64,000 bases of DNA, from assembly GCA_965644295.1 (NCBI GenBank), contig CBFFRP010000412.1:124001-188000 (forward strand). Reading direction: 5' to 3'. The stretch is from Paraphysomonas bandaiensis (Eukaryota; Protista; Chrysophyceae). Of this stretch, positions 22,728 through 39,200 are shown piece after piece; the first letter of the stretch is position 1, and every line of letters starts with the position of its first letter. The notes beneath the pieces were generated by a model. It worked only from the letters and a program-made list of their open reading frames with translations, was not told the origin of the DNA and ran no database searches. The translations under genes and the position numbers were made by a program.

Positions 22728-24748
22728 ATGGTAACCCCCTATTACAAACCATACATTTACCTGCCTAATACCTTGAACAGCTGTCGATAACGTCTACCTC
22801 AGGGCTTCTTATTATATGCTCTGGTACTGGCTTATTATTGGCATTTTTACTATTTACTTATATTGAGGCCACTAGGTAAGTAAAATTTGTACATTACTTA
22901 TCATACGCTTATGAGGGGGGTCGATAAGGGTAATGGTTTATGATGAAACAAGTGAAAGGGCAGCTCCTACGTCGTCTAAGTCCATACGACTGTAGAGGCA
23001 CAGACAAATAAACTAAAAAAAGTGTATGAAGCAATATCTGCTGGTGCAGAGGCTTTTTTAAGAGCTGAATATAGAATCTGCTGTAAGTGTGTTGCGGTTT
23101 CTGCTGTTATAATATGCATATTAATTTCAAGGGGTCAGAATATCGGGAAAGGTATCCTTACCACCTTGTCCTTTATCCTAGGTGCAGTGACGTCTATTGC
23201 GTCCGGATATGTTGGTATGAAAGTAGCTGTATTTTCCAATGTACGCACGACCATCAATGCTCAGAGAGTGGGATATTTACACTGCTTAAACACCGCCTTC
23301 CGCGCTGGTGCCGTCATGTGATTTGAACTCACTGGGCTTGGTATCCTTGTGCTCTACGTTACCCTCATGATCTTCTTTGTCGGGTTTGCACAGCAAAACT
23401 GGGACGTGATGATGGGCTGCATCTCTGGGTATGGTCTGGGCGGGTCATCAATTGCCCTGTTTGGACGAGTTGGTGGTGGCATATACACCAAGGCAGATGA
23501 TGTTGGAGCCGATCTCGTCGGTAAAGTTGTGCACGGCATTCCTGAGGATGATCCTCTCGCCACTATTGCTGATAATGGTGAGTATTTAACCAGTTGTATT
23601 CTTATCAAATGTGCCGCGGTTGTGTGGTGATATTAATAATGTGGGTAACAATGTGGGGGATGTTGCCGGCATGGGAGCAGGATCTCATTGGACCTTTTGC
23701 GGAATCTATCCGCGCTGCTCTCATAATTGCTGCTCAAATGGATGACCTTCGTATATGCATTTGTGTCGCGTATGCTTCCTGCAAGCTTTGTTATTAACGG
23801 TGTCTCCTCAGTGCGGACCACTTATATTGGTAGAGGGTGTTGGAGGTCTTATCATAGGACTAATAACTTCTAAGGAGTATAAGCCTGTTAAAGAACTCGC
23901 TAACTCTTGCAAAACTGGTGCTGCTACAAATATCATATGTGGCCTCTCACTTGGATACATATCTGTCATTGTCCCGGTTTTCGTGCTTTCCCTAATTTTG
24001 TAAATCGCCTTTGACTTGTGTGACCTCTATGGCATTTCTCTAGCTGCTGTCGGAATGCTCGGTAACGTCGCCACTGGACCCACAATCGATGCGTATGGAC
24101 CTGTTTGTGACAACGCAGAGGGGATCGCTGAGGTGGCTGAGCTTTCTGGAGAGGTGAGGGAGAAGACAGATGCACTTGATGCTGCTGGCAATTCCACCGC
24201 TGCTATTGGAAAAGGCTTTGCAATCGGATCTGTGGCCCTAGTTTCTCTCACATTGTATGGTGCATTCGTAGTGCGCTTTCGCCAGGCTCTAGTACTTCGG
24301 CGAAGATACCAGTATTTCCGTGGAAATACTACATCCACTCACTTTAGTCTTCCTACTCATTGGCTCTAGTAATTGTGCGAAGATACTAGTATTTCCGTGG
24401 AAATACTACATCCACTCACTTTAGTCTTCCTACTCATTGGGCCTATGCTCTGCCATGACAATGAAGTCGTTGGTGAAGCGGCCATGGAAATGGTCCGTGA
24501 GGTCGACAGACAGTTTAAGGACAGCTCAGAAACATATCGAGGGCAAAATAGACTTTGCTCTGGGCGGGAAGGGGTCAGACTGTCACAAAGCTGCTGTGGT
24601 TGGAGACACTGTTGGCGACCCTCTGAAGGATACGTCCGGACCCTTTCTCAATATCTTAATGAAGCTCATGGCCATCATTAGTTTTGTATTCGATGATTAC
24701 TTCTTCGCCATGAATGGTGGTCGCGGTTTGTTGGGACTGCCGCAATGA
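22728..24748 (+). pseudogene. K+-dependent-type membrane H+-translocating pyrophosphatase (V-PPase/AVP1-like) pseudogene
   Basis: Motifs [60 protein letters not shown] and [20 protein letters not shown]. It has premature stops (23319-23321, 24001-24003), frameshifts, deletions and a 77-bp duplication. Confidence 0.9.
24285..24440 (+). repeat. 77-bp tandem duplication inside the V-PPase pseudogene
   Basis: CGAAGATAC(C/T)AGTATTTCCGTGGAAATACTACATCCACTCACTTTAGTCTTCCTACTCATTGG starts at both 24301 and 24378. Confidence 0.95.
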
Positions 24749-25280
24749 TATTGTGCATTCAAAATACTTAATGACAGGGCGTTTTTCGAGCTTCTTGTGT
24801 AGTCTGGGCTACATTATACCTTTTTTTTCAATTGGAGATGTTAGTGTGGTTTACTGCTAAAGTTCAATAAATTGTAGCTTTATAGTATTTTTCATCTTTA
24901 ATTTTCATGGACCGAGGTTTCATTTGATCCAGACATAGTTTACAGTCAGATGATATTATTTCAAGTGCAACAAATGAAATCACCTGCTATGATAGTTATC
25001 ATCGCTAAACCAGGAAAAATAGTATAAGAATTATATTACTGCGTTATGTAAACTACTAATTATGGTGAATGCATATAAACAAGTAAATAAGTCTATTTGT
25101 AAATATCAGTTTCTGAGCTGCGGCGAGTGGAATTCTTGTGGAGATATTAAGTACTAATTGAACTATAATAGATAAGAGTGAAATTGAAGTATATATTGCT
25201 TTAATGTTTTTTACTCACATCTTAGCTGCACTGCCAACTAAATGCAACTGATGTAACATAACTACATTTTTACTATCTTA

Positions 25281-26126
25281 TTACTTTTTCACTAACTGCA
25301 TATCTAGAAAAAGGCTCACAAAAAAATTATAATAGTCTAAATTAAGTGTAGCGTGCATCCATCTATCAGGAAAATATAGCATTTCACCGGGATGCAATAC
25401 ACATTCATATAATACACGCTCCGTATCGTTTATCGCGTATGGGTACACTGATGATACCCATTCTGCTTGGGATATATCGGGATTAAAAATATTCGTAAGG
25501 TCTGTGTCCGCTGGGTAGAGAAAGAAACGCTTGCGGCCAGTAATCACTTCTGAGAATCCAGGCCCATGAAAATGGAAACTAACACCACTCTGGGCCCCTC
25601 CAATACCAATTGTAGTTGCACCAGCAATTTCACAATCACGGCACGGTGGCAACGTGTATAATTTTTCTATACTACTCCATATTCCTCCGAAATTATTTCC
25701 AAACAAATAATACGTTTCATTCGCTTTAGATGAATCTGGAGGAGAGTTCATTATAGAGATATACTCAGATAGCCGCATAGATATCTTATCATGTGAGTAG
25801 GTATTTGAACTAGAGAGTGTTACGATAGTGTCGCCAAATGGTGAGTTTGACATCTTTTCTATAGACGTCTCTTGTGCCAATACACTGTTTCGAGTTACTG
25901 CTCCTTCATAGATCACAGGCACATGAGGGAGATCATGGATAACATGCTCTTTTCCTTGGTGGAATATATTTCTTCTCTCTATATTACATGGGTAGTTGAT
26001 GTTGTCTTGAGTAATAATATCATGGACATAAGGGTCCACAGAGTTACTGTGGTATACTTGTGTAGAGTAAGTGGAACTAATGCATGTTATTAGAGGATAA
26101 AAGATATAAAAACTGAATGATTTCAT
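25281..26126 (-). CDS. JMJD8: JmjC-domain protein, JMJD8-like, with predicted signal peptide, intronless
   Basis: Motifs LSSSNTYS, ANETYYLFGNN, GAQSGVSFHFHGPGFSEVITGRKRFFLYP and GEMLYFPDRWMHATLN. Hydrophobic N-terminus MKSFSFYIFYPLITCISS. Confidence 0.85.
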   Translation of the reverse strand: MKSFSFYIFYPLITCISSTYSTQVYHSNSVDPYVHDIITQDNINYPCNIERRNIFHQGKEHVIHDLPHVPVIYEGAVTRNSVLAQETSIEKMSNSPFGDTIVTLSSSNTYSHDKISMRLSEYISIMNSPPDSSKANETYYLFGNNFGGIWSSIEKLYTLPPCRDCEIAGATTIGIGGAQSGVSFHFHGPGFSEVITGRKRFFLYPADTDLTNIFNPDISQAEWVSSVYPYAINDTERVLYECVLHPGEMLYFPDRWMHATLNLDYYNFFVSLFLDMQLVKK

Positions 26127-26419
26127 GTTGATATGAAGGAACGTATATGTCGAGAGATGCAGATACTTCTGGTCAATGTTCATACCTTAATACAATAATA
26201 TCATGGCGGTATGTGGTACTGCTGTATGCTGTGGGTGGGAAAAAGTGGAACAGGCAAAAAAATCGCCCTTTTCGTAGTGAATATTGAATATTGATCATCA
26301 AAAAACTCTATACAGCTAGAAAACTATGATTTTTTTGCCTGGTCGACTTTTCCCCACCATGGATGTGATCTATCACAAGTATACACAGACAGGATTAATT
26401 TTAGAAGGACTTGATAGCC

Positions 26420-26990
26420 AGTTACTACGTTGGTGTGTGCGGCCATTGATCATCTCAACGGCATAACTTTAGCAACGCCAGTGGTAGTTCTCCGAGTTCT
26501 GTCGTTTTTTATGTGATGTCGCTTCGTCGATCTATTGCACTACACACCATACTCTCCAGTAGGATTTTCAATGCTACGATTTTTTTATTCGGCTAGATTC
26601 TTCGTATTCTGTTTCACTGCGAAATCGTTCAAGCACACTATTTATAAGCTCACCTGCTAACAGTGCTTTCTCCTGATCATCATATGGGAGCATATCCCAC
26701 TCCCGAAAGTACTGCCCTATCTTGAGGGCTTCAGTAACAGATTGAACTGCTTCGAATATGGAAGTTATGCTCGTGTCCTTTTGCCCTAGCTATTTTTCGA
26801 GCTCCTCCTTAAACTTGTTGATGGAAGTGATGTCAATCGTTCATTGTTGGCGGTTTCACAAGCCGTTCCTAGAGTCCTAAATGGTTTCGATTCTGTACAT
26901 GAGCAATACATTGAGTTTCTTCGTCCAGTTGATCACTCCAAAATGATCAAACTTTGAAAGTTCCCATTCGACATATTTGGTTGGTGAAAT
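26420..26990 (-). pseudogene. Degraded coding-like fragment of unknown (possibly TE gag-like) origin
   Basis: The minus strand reads IDITSINKFKEELEK*LGQKDTSITSIFEAVQSVTEALKIGQYFREWDMLPYDDQEKALLAGEL with stops, and it lies in a TE island. Confidence 0.3.
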
Positions 26991-27256
26991 AACTTAAGAA
27001 CTGAACTTGAACTCACACAGTAATCAATTATTAAAATTATAATCAACATGACTCATCATTCATTGATATTCGGTACAATTATATTCTCTCAATTACCAAT
27101 CAATATTTTCACTATCGTAGATAACACAATCAATGTATTCCAGTTTCTCGAACTTCATTCATATATTCATATTATATCATTGATTCATGTGGTACTACAG
27201 TTTTCAAGTACTACGGTATTATTAAACTAACGATAATTACATGTAAGCAAAGCTCA

Positions 27257-27314
27257 AATCATCTGTTGGAATCCTGGAATGAGCGTTAGAGTAATCACTA
27301 CACTTATAAACACA
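27257..27314. repeat. 58-bp ectopic copy of the kinase last intron/exon junction (28652-28709)
   Basis: AATCATCTGTTGG(A/G)ATCCTGGAATGAGCGTTAGAGTA(A/G)TCACTACACTTATAAACACA occurs at both places with 2 mismatches. Confidence 0.95.
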
Positions 27315-28045
27315 ACCTTGAGGCAGTGGTCATCAGTCTGCTTCTTCCGCTCTTCGCTGCAGCAAAGCTCATGATCCAAAATCGAAGTAGACGCTATATC
27401 ACCCTCCACAAAGGACCCCCTAGGCTACTCCCGCGACCACGTCAAAAACGTAGACAACAATGGAAACGCCCAAGGGTGCTACGATTACTAGGAGTCCGCA
27501 GACGACCCGAGACTGGACCACCGCCCACCGTACACATGAACCCCACCACTCACACCCACAGGAACATATCGCCGTCCCACATGAAACCTTTAGGCCCTCG
27601 ACAACGACGCTGTCTCCGCCAACTCTACCTATGCCTCAGACCCAAACGGTGCTCTGAGACAACGCCACATTCCACCTCTCCACCCGCCTCTCAGTACACA
27701 CATCTAACACTCAGTACACTCAAAACCTTACTACAGAACCCTGTACCTCCACACAGCCCGGTGGAATCTCATCCCAAGGAGGGGAGACCCCCTGATCACA
27801 TCCGCCAGTGAGTCCTAGGACACACGATCACGGCGAACCTCACAATCCACATTAAGAACGAAAGTGGTCGAACCTTGGTGCTTGTGGCGACGCACAAGCA
27901 GCTTCTGTAGCGCTAAATAGTAGGATAATAGAGTCTGTGCTGATTAGTTATGGGTAGAGGTCTAAATAGTCTGCTTAGCACTCAACTAGCCACTACATTG
28001 GTGCAGAGTTTTAACGCCTATTGATAAATAATAAGACTTTTAATA
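27315..28045 (-). mobile_element. Copy D of the terminal-repeat family (repeat 27918-28045, leader, GC-rich interior)
   Basis: GAAAGTGGTCGAACCTTGGTGCTTGTGGCGACGCACAAGCAGCTTCTGTAGCGCTAAA, then TAGTAGGATAATAGAGT...AACGCCTATTGATAAATAATAAGACTTTTAATA. Confidence 0.7.
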
Positions 28046-28613
28046 TAGGTGTAATAGAAACCTTGGTTATATATTTCATTAAACAAAAGTGAAGTTTGTA
28101 GTGACATGCGTTTTTAGTTCCTCTATCCTTAGAGATTGATTAAAATCAGCAGGAGAAATTTGGCGAAAACGTGGGTCTGTAGTATACAGAATATTAGCGA
28201 CAGCAGATATCGCTACGAATAGACAGACTGTTAATGCTGAAGGCGACTTATATTTCCTAGCAACAAGGACTTCATGTGAATGTGAAGCTGTGTTTTCTAT
28301 AAGATCATTGCTCATTCTAATCAACATAGGAATTGTTTTTTAAACGTGATATGCCGGTCAATACTAACAGCTGGTTTAAGACAATAGCACCTAACACAAC
28401 TTCATTTTTGCTGGTTTAATGCAAATATCCGTAAATTCAGCAAAAAATGTAATAATAACATAACTACGCAACGTAGTCAGTCATAAACTACGCAAACAAA
28501 AGTGCAGAAAATGCTGGACCAAGTAGAGTATTCGAAAATAGCTAATCATAGCTCCAATTGACAATGAGAAGTGTGCTTAAATAAGAGTAGATAATCATTA
28601 TTGTGCGCCGCAT

Positions 28614-32676
<4,063 letters not shown>

Positions 32677-33241
32677 GGTGCCGATATACCTACTTAAAAG
32701 GTCGGCTATATGAGGGTATACTTATTCGGTAGTGAGGCGGTCGATAGATTTCTGAAACGAAATGTCAGTCCTGCGATTTAACTTCACTTGTGGGCTGAAG
32801 ATTGGATACGAGCACACATTCCGCAAATAAATACCTATTTTCTAGATAAAACCTAGGTTTCAAGAATATGATAATGAAAATGTGTGATTTTGGTACACTT
32901 CAAGAAATAAAACACACACCAAAACTTGCCGTCAAATTCTCTTCCCTTCCAACAACAAAAAAATTCCCATATTATTGTCGCTTACAAAATACTGCTGTAT
33001 AATATTGCACAACCCTACGACTTATCTTATAGTACGTATCGTAGGACTTCTAGACTCGGTACGGTACGGTACAGTATGGAATACAGCAGTATGGTACTGT
33101 AGTATGTCAGCGATATATATCTATACAAAAATACACAAACAATACATCCACCCACCGAAACACACGCACATACTGCTGTACATATCACTCCACATTATTT
33201 CATCCATATCTTATAGAACCATCCAATATATAAAAACGGGA

Positions 33242-36200
33242 ATGGAAGAAACGCATCGTATCCCTAAAGTGTGGATACCAGATGACACTGAAGTCTGGAA
33301 ACTTGCCACATTAGTTCGAACAGACGAGGAGAAGGAGGAAGTGTGTGTAAATGATGACGGACAAGAAAAGATATATTCGAGTAATAAAACACATCCTCTT
33401 GACCCCACACACCTTGAGGATTTAGATGATTTATGCAGTATGAATAATCTGCATGAGGCACCATTATTGAGTATATTGCATCGTCGATTTCAGAGAGATA
33501 TTATTTATACAACCACAGGGAATGTGTTGATATCAATCAATCCCTATAAAACTATTCCTGGTCTGTATGATAAACCGCTATCATATCTTTCCCGTATCGA
33601 GGAGTTTGATGTTAAATCTCTTGATGATAAGTCTGCTCCACATTTATTTAAAGTTGCTAATAGTGCTTTCAACTGTGTCACGAAAGGCGATGCCAATCAA
33701 TCAGTTATTGTGAGTGGTGAAAGTGGAGCAGGTACATGATATATAATTCGCTATATTTGTTATTTACATTATTAATAGGCAAAACAGAGGCGTCCAAATA
33801 TGTCATGCAGTTTCTTATCGCAGCTAATGAGGGCATGGCGTCTTCTAATATTGGTGATGATATCAGAGATGTATTATTGGATAGTAATGCAGTTTTTGAG
33901 TCATTCGGAAATTCGAAAACCGTCCGCAACGACAACTCCTCTAGATTCGGAAAGTATATTAAACTTCAGTACAATTCAGAGAACTGTTTGGTCTCTGCCT
34001 TCACAGAGACCTTCTTGCTCGAGAAGTCACGTCTATCCTACCTTGGCCGAGGGGAGAGAAATTACCATGTCTTCTATCAGATGATTCGTGGCCTGGGGTC
34101 AGGCTCCGATGCCTCCGAGAAGGAAAGTCTATGTTTATCTAGTGTAGATAATTTTGCCATTCTGACAGCAGGCGATTGTACGGTACTGTCCTCCGAACAA
34201 GAGGACATTGTAGAATTCAACACGCTGCACAGAGCCCTCGCGACCATGGGAACAACGGCGGAAGAGATGCGGTGCCTTTGGGCGATTCTAGCATGCATAC
34301 TTCATCTGGGAAATTTGGAGTGCGTTGAAGGAGATGGAAGTGGAACGGAAGAACCCGAAACACCCCAAGGAGTGTCCTTGCGCTCGCCTTGTATGCCTTT
34401 GGGGCGTCTGGCTGAACTTCTTGGATTCACTGAGGAATTGTTTAAAGATACACTAACACATCACATTGTTAGAATTGCTTCAAAGCGTAGGACGTCCACA
34501 ATTCGTAAACCTCTGAAGGCGGAAGATGTGAGACACAATATTCTTGGACTTAACAAATGGCTCTACAGTGCGGTATTCTCTTGGCTGGTAAGAAAGATTA
34601 ACCATGCGCACCTCAGTGTCGCTAAGCGGCAGGAATCTGGTACCGTAACAGCTGATAATCGTCCTCCCGGCAGGAGGCATTCGAAAGCCGCGATGTCCGA
34701 AATGGAAGAGCTTAAAAACATTACTGCAGTAAAGTTCATTGGTATCCTCGATATATTCGGGTTCGAAATATTAGGCCGCAACTCTTTTGAGCAGCTGTGT
34801 ATTAACTTTGCGAACGAACGCCTACAACAGCAGTTTAACGAACACGTGTTCGTTAACGAACAGCTTGAGTATGAGCGCGAAGGTTTAAACTGGTCGACTA
34901 TCACATACCAGGATAACCAACATGTTATCGATCTAATTGCCAAGAAACCATCGGGTTTGTTACCAATATTGGAAGAGTATGGAATGTTAAATCGAACGCC
35001 GGATGACCGCGCCCTCCTCTCCAGTTTCAATCAAGCTCATGACACGAAGGGGGGAAAGAAACTAACCGGGAATACCACAGAGGTATCACCCTCATCGGCT
35101 TATGCGAGACCGAGATTCGGAGATCAAGCATTCATTGTAAAACACTTTGCAGGCAATGTGGAATATGAAATAGACGGTTTCCTGATGAAGAACAACGATT
35201 CGCTACAAGATGATATAATGGAGCTACTCCTAACCTCAAACAATAAATTTCTGTTGAACATGGCATATTTGTTTCCTGTGGAGGGGGAACCGGGCTATCT
35301 TCCTGAGTGTGATGGTGGGGTTCCCGCTATTAAAGCCCCCCCACTTGGCTCAGATGGACGAAGGGCGACTGTCGTCAGTGGATCTAGTCGCCGAGGAAGC
35401 TCGCCGCCCCCATCCTCTACGAATAAGAAGATGGCTGCCTCTAGCACTGTGTCGCTGATATTCCGTTCACAACTGGACGAGTTAATGCAAACTCTCCGTA
35501 GTACAAATCCACATTATATAAAGTGCATTAAGCCAAATCCAAATAAGGCTGCGATGCAATTCGATGCAAAGTTAGTGATGCAACAGCTCCGATACAGCGG
35601 TGCCCTGGAGGTTGTTAGGATAAGGCGAGAAGGGTTTCCTCAGAGATGCTCTTTTAAAGATTTCTATGACCCCTATCATCTTCTTTCGCATAACAGGGGT
35701 TATCGAGCTCGCGCCTTGAGAAGAAGCACACGAGAAACATTGGCTCGGCAGAGTTCATTGAATAATTCTTCCACTAATCCCCCTCCTGTCCCCGTTGATT
35801 CCGAGTCCACTGCATCGGGTGGCGACAATTCGTCGGAGCTAGTTACTGATGAGGCCTCTGCTATGCTCATTGCGTTTGCTGTAGATATGGAGTGGAAAGG
35901 TCGCGCAGAAGACATGGCAGACACATTCCTTCCAGCAGATCAATTTCAAGTCGGAAATGCAAAACTTTTCCTCCGTGAGGGTGCCCTTAAGTTGATGAAT
36001 TTAGCCATGAAGAAGTTTCTAGATGATAGTGCGGCGAAAATTCAATCCCTTGCACGAATGAAGAGTGCGTATCGATCTTTCGAACGACGTCGGAATGATA
36101 TCATAGTTGCCCAAACGGTGGCCAGGATGTTCATAGCGAGACGAAAGTACCACGTGAAATTACGCGCAGTACGAGCTATTCAGTGGTTTGCCATTGGGAA

Positions 36201-39200
36201 ACGACTTCGAAGGGAGTATTTGCAGAGACTAAAAGCTGGTCAACTCATATGTCATACCCTTTCTGGATATCGCGATAGAATTCGATACCTAGCACTGTTG
36301 AGACGCCGTTTGACGAGTTCCATTCGTATTCAATGTTGGTATAGATCTATTGTTGCAAGACGCAGTGCGAAAATGCGAAAGGCTGCTGCAGTTGCCATTC
36401 AAAGCGCTGCTCGCAGAAAAATATGCCGTCGGCGTTACCTGTCATGTCTGGCCAAGACTGTCCTCATGCAGTCCGCAGTGAGAAGACATGCGGCAAGATG
36501 CAATTACTCAAAATCTATTGCGGCATGCAAACAGATTCAGAGCACTTGCCGTATGATGATCGCAGTCAACAAATTTCGCCTTGCCAAAATATCTGCTGTA
36601 ACTATTCAGAATGCTGTGAGGAAGCGATATGCTGTAAAGAATTATAACGTTACTCTACGTAGTTGCGTTCTGATACAGAGCATTTGTCGTATGCTCCAGC
36701 AGTCTCGTCGTTACCGTCGCGCGCAAAAGTTCGCTGTTAAAATTCAAAGCACTGTTCGGCGCAGGCAGGCTGTTGAGCGCTACAATTTTACACTTCGAAG
36801 CTGTGTACTTATTCAAAGTGTGTGCCGAATGCTCGCCGAGAAGGAGAGAATGAGAGTCGCGAAGGAATCTGCCATAAAAATTCAGAGTGCTATGCGAGGA
36901 AAAACTGCGCGAACTCAATATACAAAAGTTTATCGTGGATGTGTTCTGGTCCAAAGCTTGTGCAGAATGATGATATGCTGTAATAAATTGAGGATTCAGA
37001 GGAATTCCGCTGTTAAGCTTCAGGCCTCTGTTAGAAAACAACAAATGCTGCGCCGATTTAAGAAGGCGAAGGCATGCTGTGTACTTCTTCAGTCCGTGGG
37101 ACGAAAGCATATGTGCAGCCGCCAATACCGAAAATCGCGCTCATCAGCCACTTTAATTCAAAAGATCGCTCGTGGCCGCCAGGCGTCAAGGGCATATCAG
37201 AAAAAATTGCGCCAATACATCATGGTACAGGCGATGGTACGACGCTGGATAAGTTTGCGCCAGTATCGTATTTGTAAAGAAAGCGTGAAGCGTATCCAAA
37301 CTGCCGCGAGGCGTTACATTTGCATGAGACATTACGCCCACGATCGTGCTATGGTGCTAACTTCGCAAGCATTTGCTCGCCGCCATATTGCTCGAAAAAA
37401 TTATCTATCGGTTTTGGTAAAAATAATTCGAATTCAATCAAAGTGGCGCATGTACGCTGAGCGCAAACGATTCCTTCGAGCCCAAAGTATGTCAACTCGA
37501 ATTTCCTGCCATATACGGGCCGCATTGGTGAGATGGGAATATTCCAACAAACGTAAGTCTTGCTTACGGATTCAGAAAGCAATAAAATCATTTCTTCGCA
37601 ACATATACTTGCGTAAGAGTCTTGACTATTTGTATACTCTCTGTGCCACCTGTCAGGAATCTGATATGGAACAACTGCTCCTTCCACCCCCTCCGGTAAT
37701 GGCCTATGGTCTAACAAAAGGCCCTCAAAGGGACAACAGTGGGCCCTATGGATCATATACATCTGTCCATTTGCGTGATTTCTTGAGTATTCGCAGGCGA
37801 AGTATGAACTTCGCATCTCCTCTTCACGTGGCGCTTTACCATGGTAACATGGCAGCTGTCCGTGCCTTGCGTCCAGGCCCCGCCGACATTCTTTGCAAAG
37901 ACAGTAAGGGAAATTCGTCAGTACATTATGTTGCCATGCACCCTACCGTAGACGCCATGGATTACTTGGCGGATGCCTTGCAAGTGAGGTACACCTACTC
38001 AGCTCTTTTACAGTGCGGCATACTGGGAGACGAGGGTTCTCACGCCGCTGTTTCTGCAGCTAAAGTCTCGCAAGGCAAGCTTTGGGGGCGTAGGGGCAGC
38101 TTCTTGGTTGGAGATGATGATAGTGATGACGAGGGCACAAGCGGAAGAGCTTTGGATGAAGGCCTCACTGCCGCTCTCTCTGGTGAATGTATAAAACAGG
38201 GTTGGTTAAAGAAGGTACGATTTTGACTTCATATGTGTTGTATAACGCTTTATCTACTCAGCGACGGGTCGGTGGCAGGTGGCAGAAGAGGTGGACGGTA
38301 CTGAGTCCAACTGGATTGGCGTACTACAAGCGGAAGGGTGATGATGTCCCAAAAGGTATAGTGCCCATAGAAGGAAGTGTGGTGTCCAAGCAACAAGGTA
38401 GCGATCCTGTATTTGAGATTGTCAACGAACGCCTTGTCGTAAAGAAGAAGCACGAGGGCAAAAACCCAGCTATGGAGTTTATGGCTGAAAATGAGAAGGA
38501 CTTGCAACAGTGGCTTCTGCCTCTTCGTGCATTGGCAGGGACAGGGACGGGTGAGCGGGGATTTCGCCCTGGAGCTGATGAATTTGATATGGATTTCATT
38601 CCTATCAACTATGTCAACTCCGATCTCCGTGTAACATGGCTGAATGAGACAAATGATGACGGTGAAACACCCCTTCATGTGCTGGCAAGGTTCAAGAATC
38701 GGGGCAATGATGGTAGCCCACTTGTACCAACAGCGCGTATATTGCAATTGGCTATGTGGTTTATTGTCAACGGCTGTGATATCAACGCGCAGAATAACTG
38801 CGGTCAAACTGCATTACATGTAGCTGTTCGTTACGGTAATATTGAACTCGCTCGATGCCTAGTTATGAAGGGCGCAGATAGCACAATTAAAAATCATGAT
38901 GGCAACACTGTTCTCGACTTGAGCACGCCAGAGTTCGTTAAGGAGATATCTGCTGGAACGTCAGGCAGTGTGTCCCTAGTGCATTCTGCTAAAACTCAGA
39001 ACCGTCTGAGAGGCTATTCTTATCTGACCATTCAATTTCAGAAGCATTCACAGACCTCAACAGAGCATAGGTTCGTGATTGCGATGTTTGTAAATATGAC
39101 ACTAATCATTTTTATTATCATGCAGGCAAGACTTCGAGTCGTTGCGCTACCCGTTTCTGTCTATCGCAGTGTATAATTCACAGCGCAAACTAATTGAAAA

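Noticed and set aside
23022-24748. Stop-codon readthrough or an alternative genetic code in the V-PPase
   Set aside because: The stops come with frameshifts, deletions and a duplication, and neighbouring genes use TAA, TAG and TGA as normal stops.
27326-27811. 161-aa Pro/Arg-rich ORF
   Set aside because: It is low complexity, starts with GTG, has no recognisable domain and lies within a TE island.
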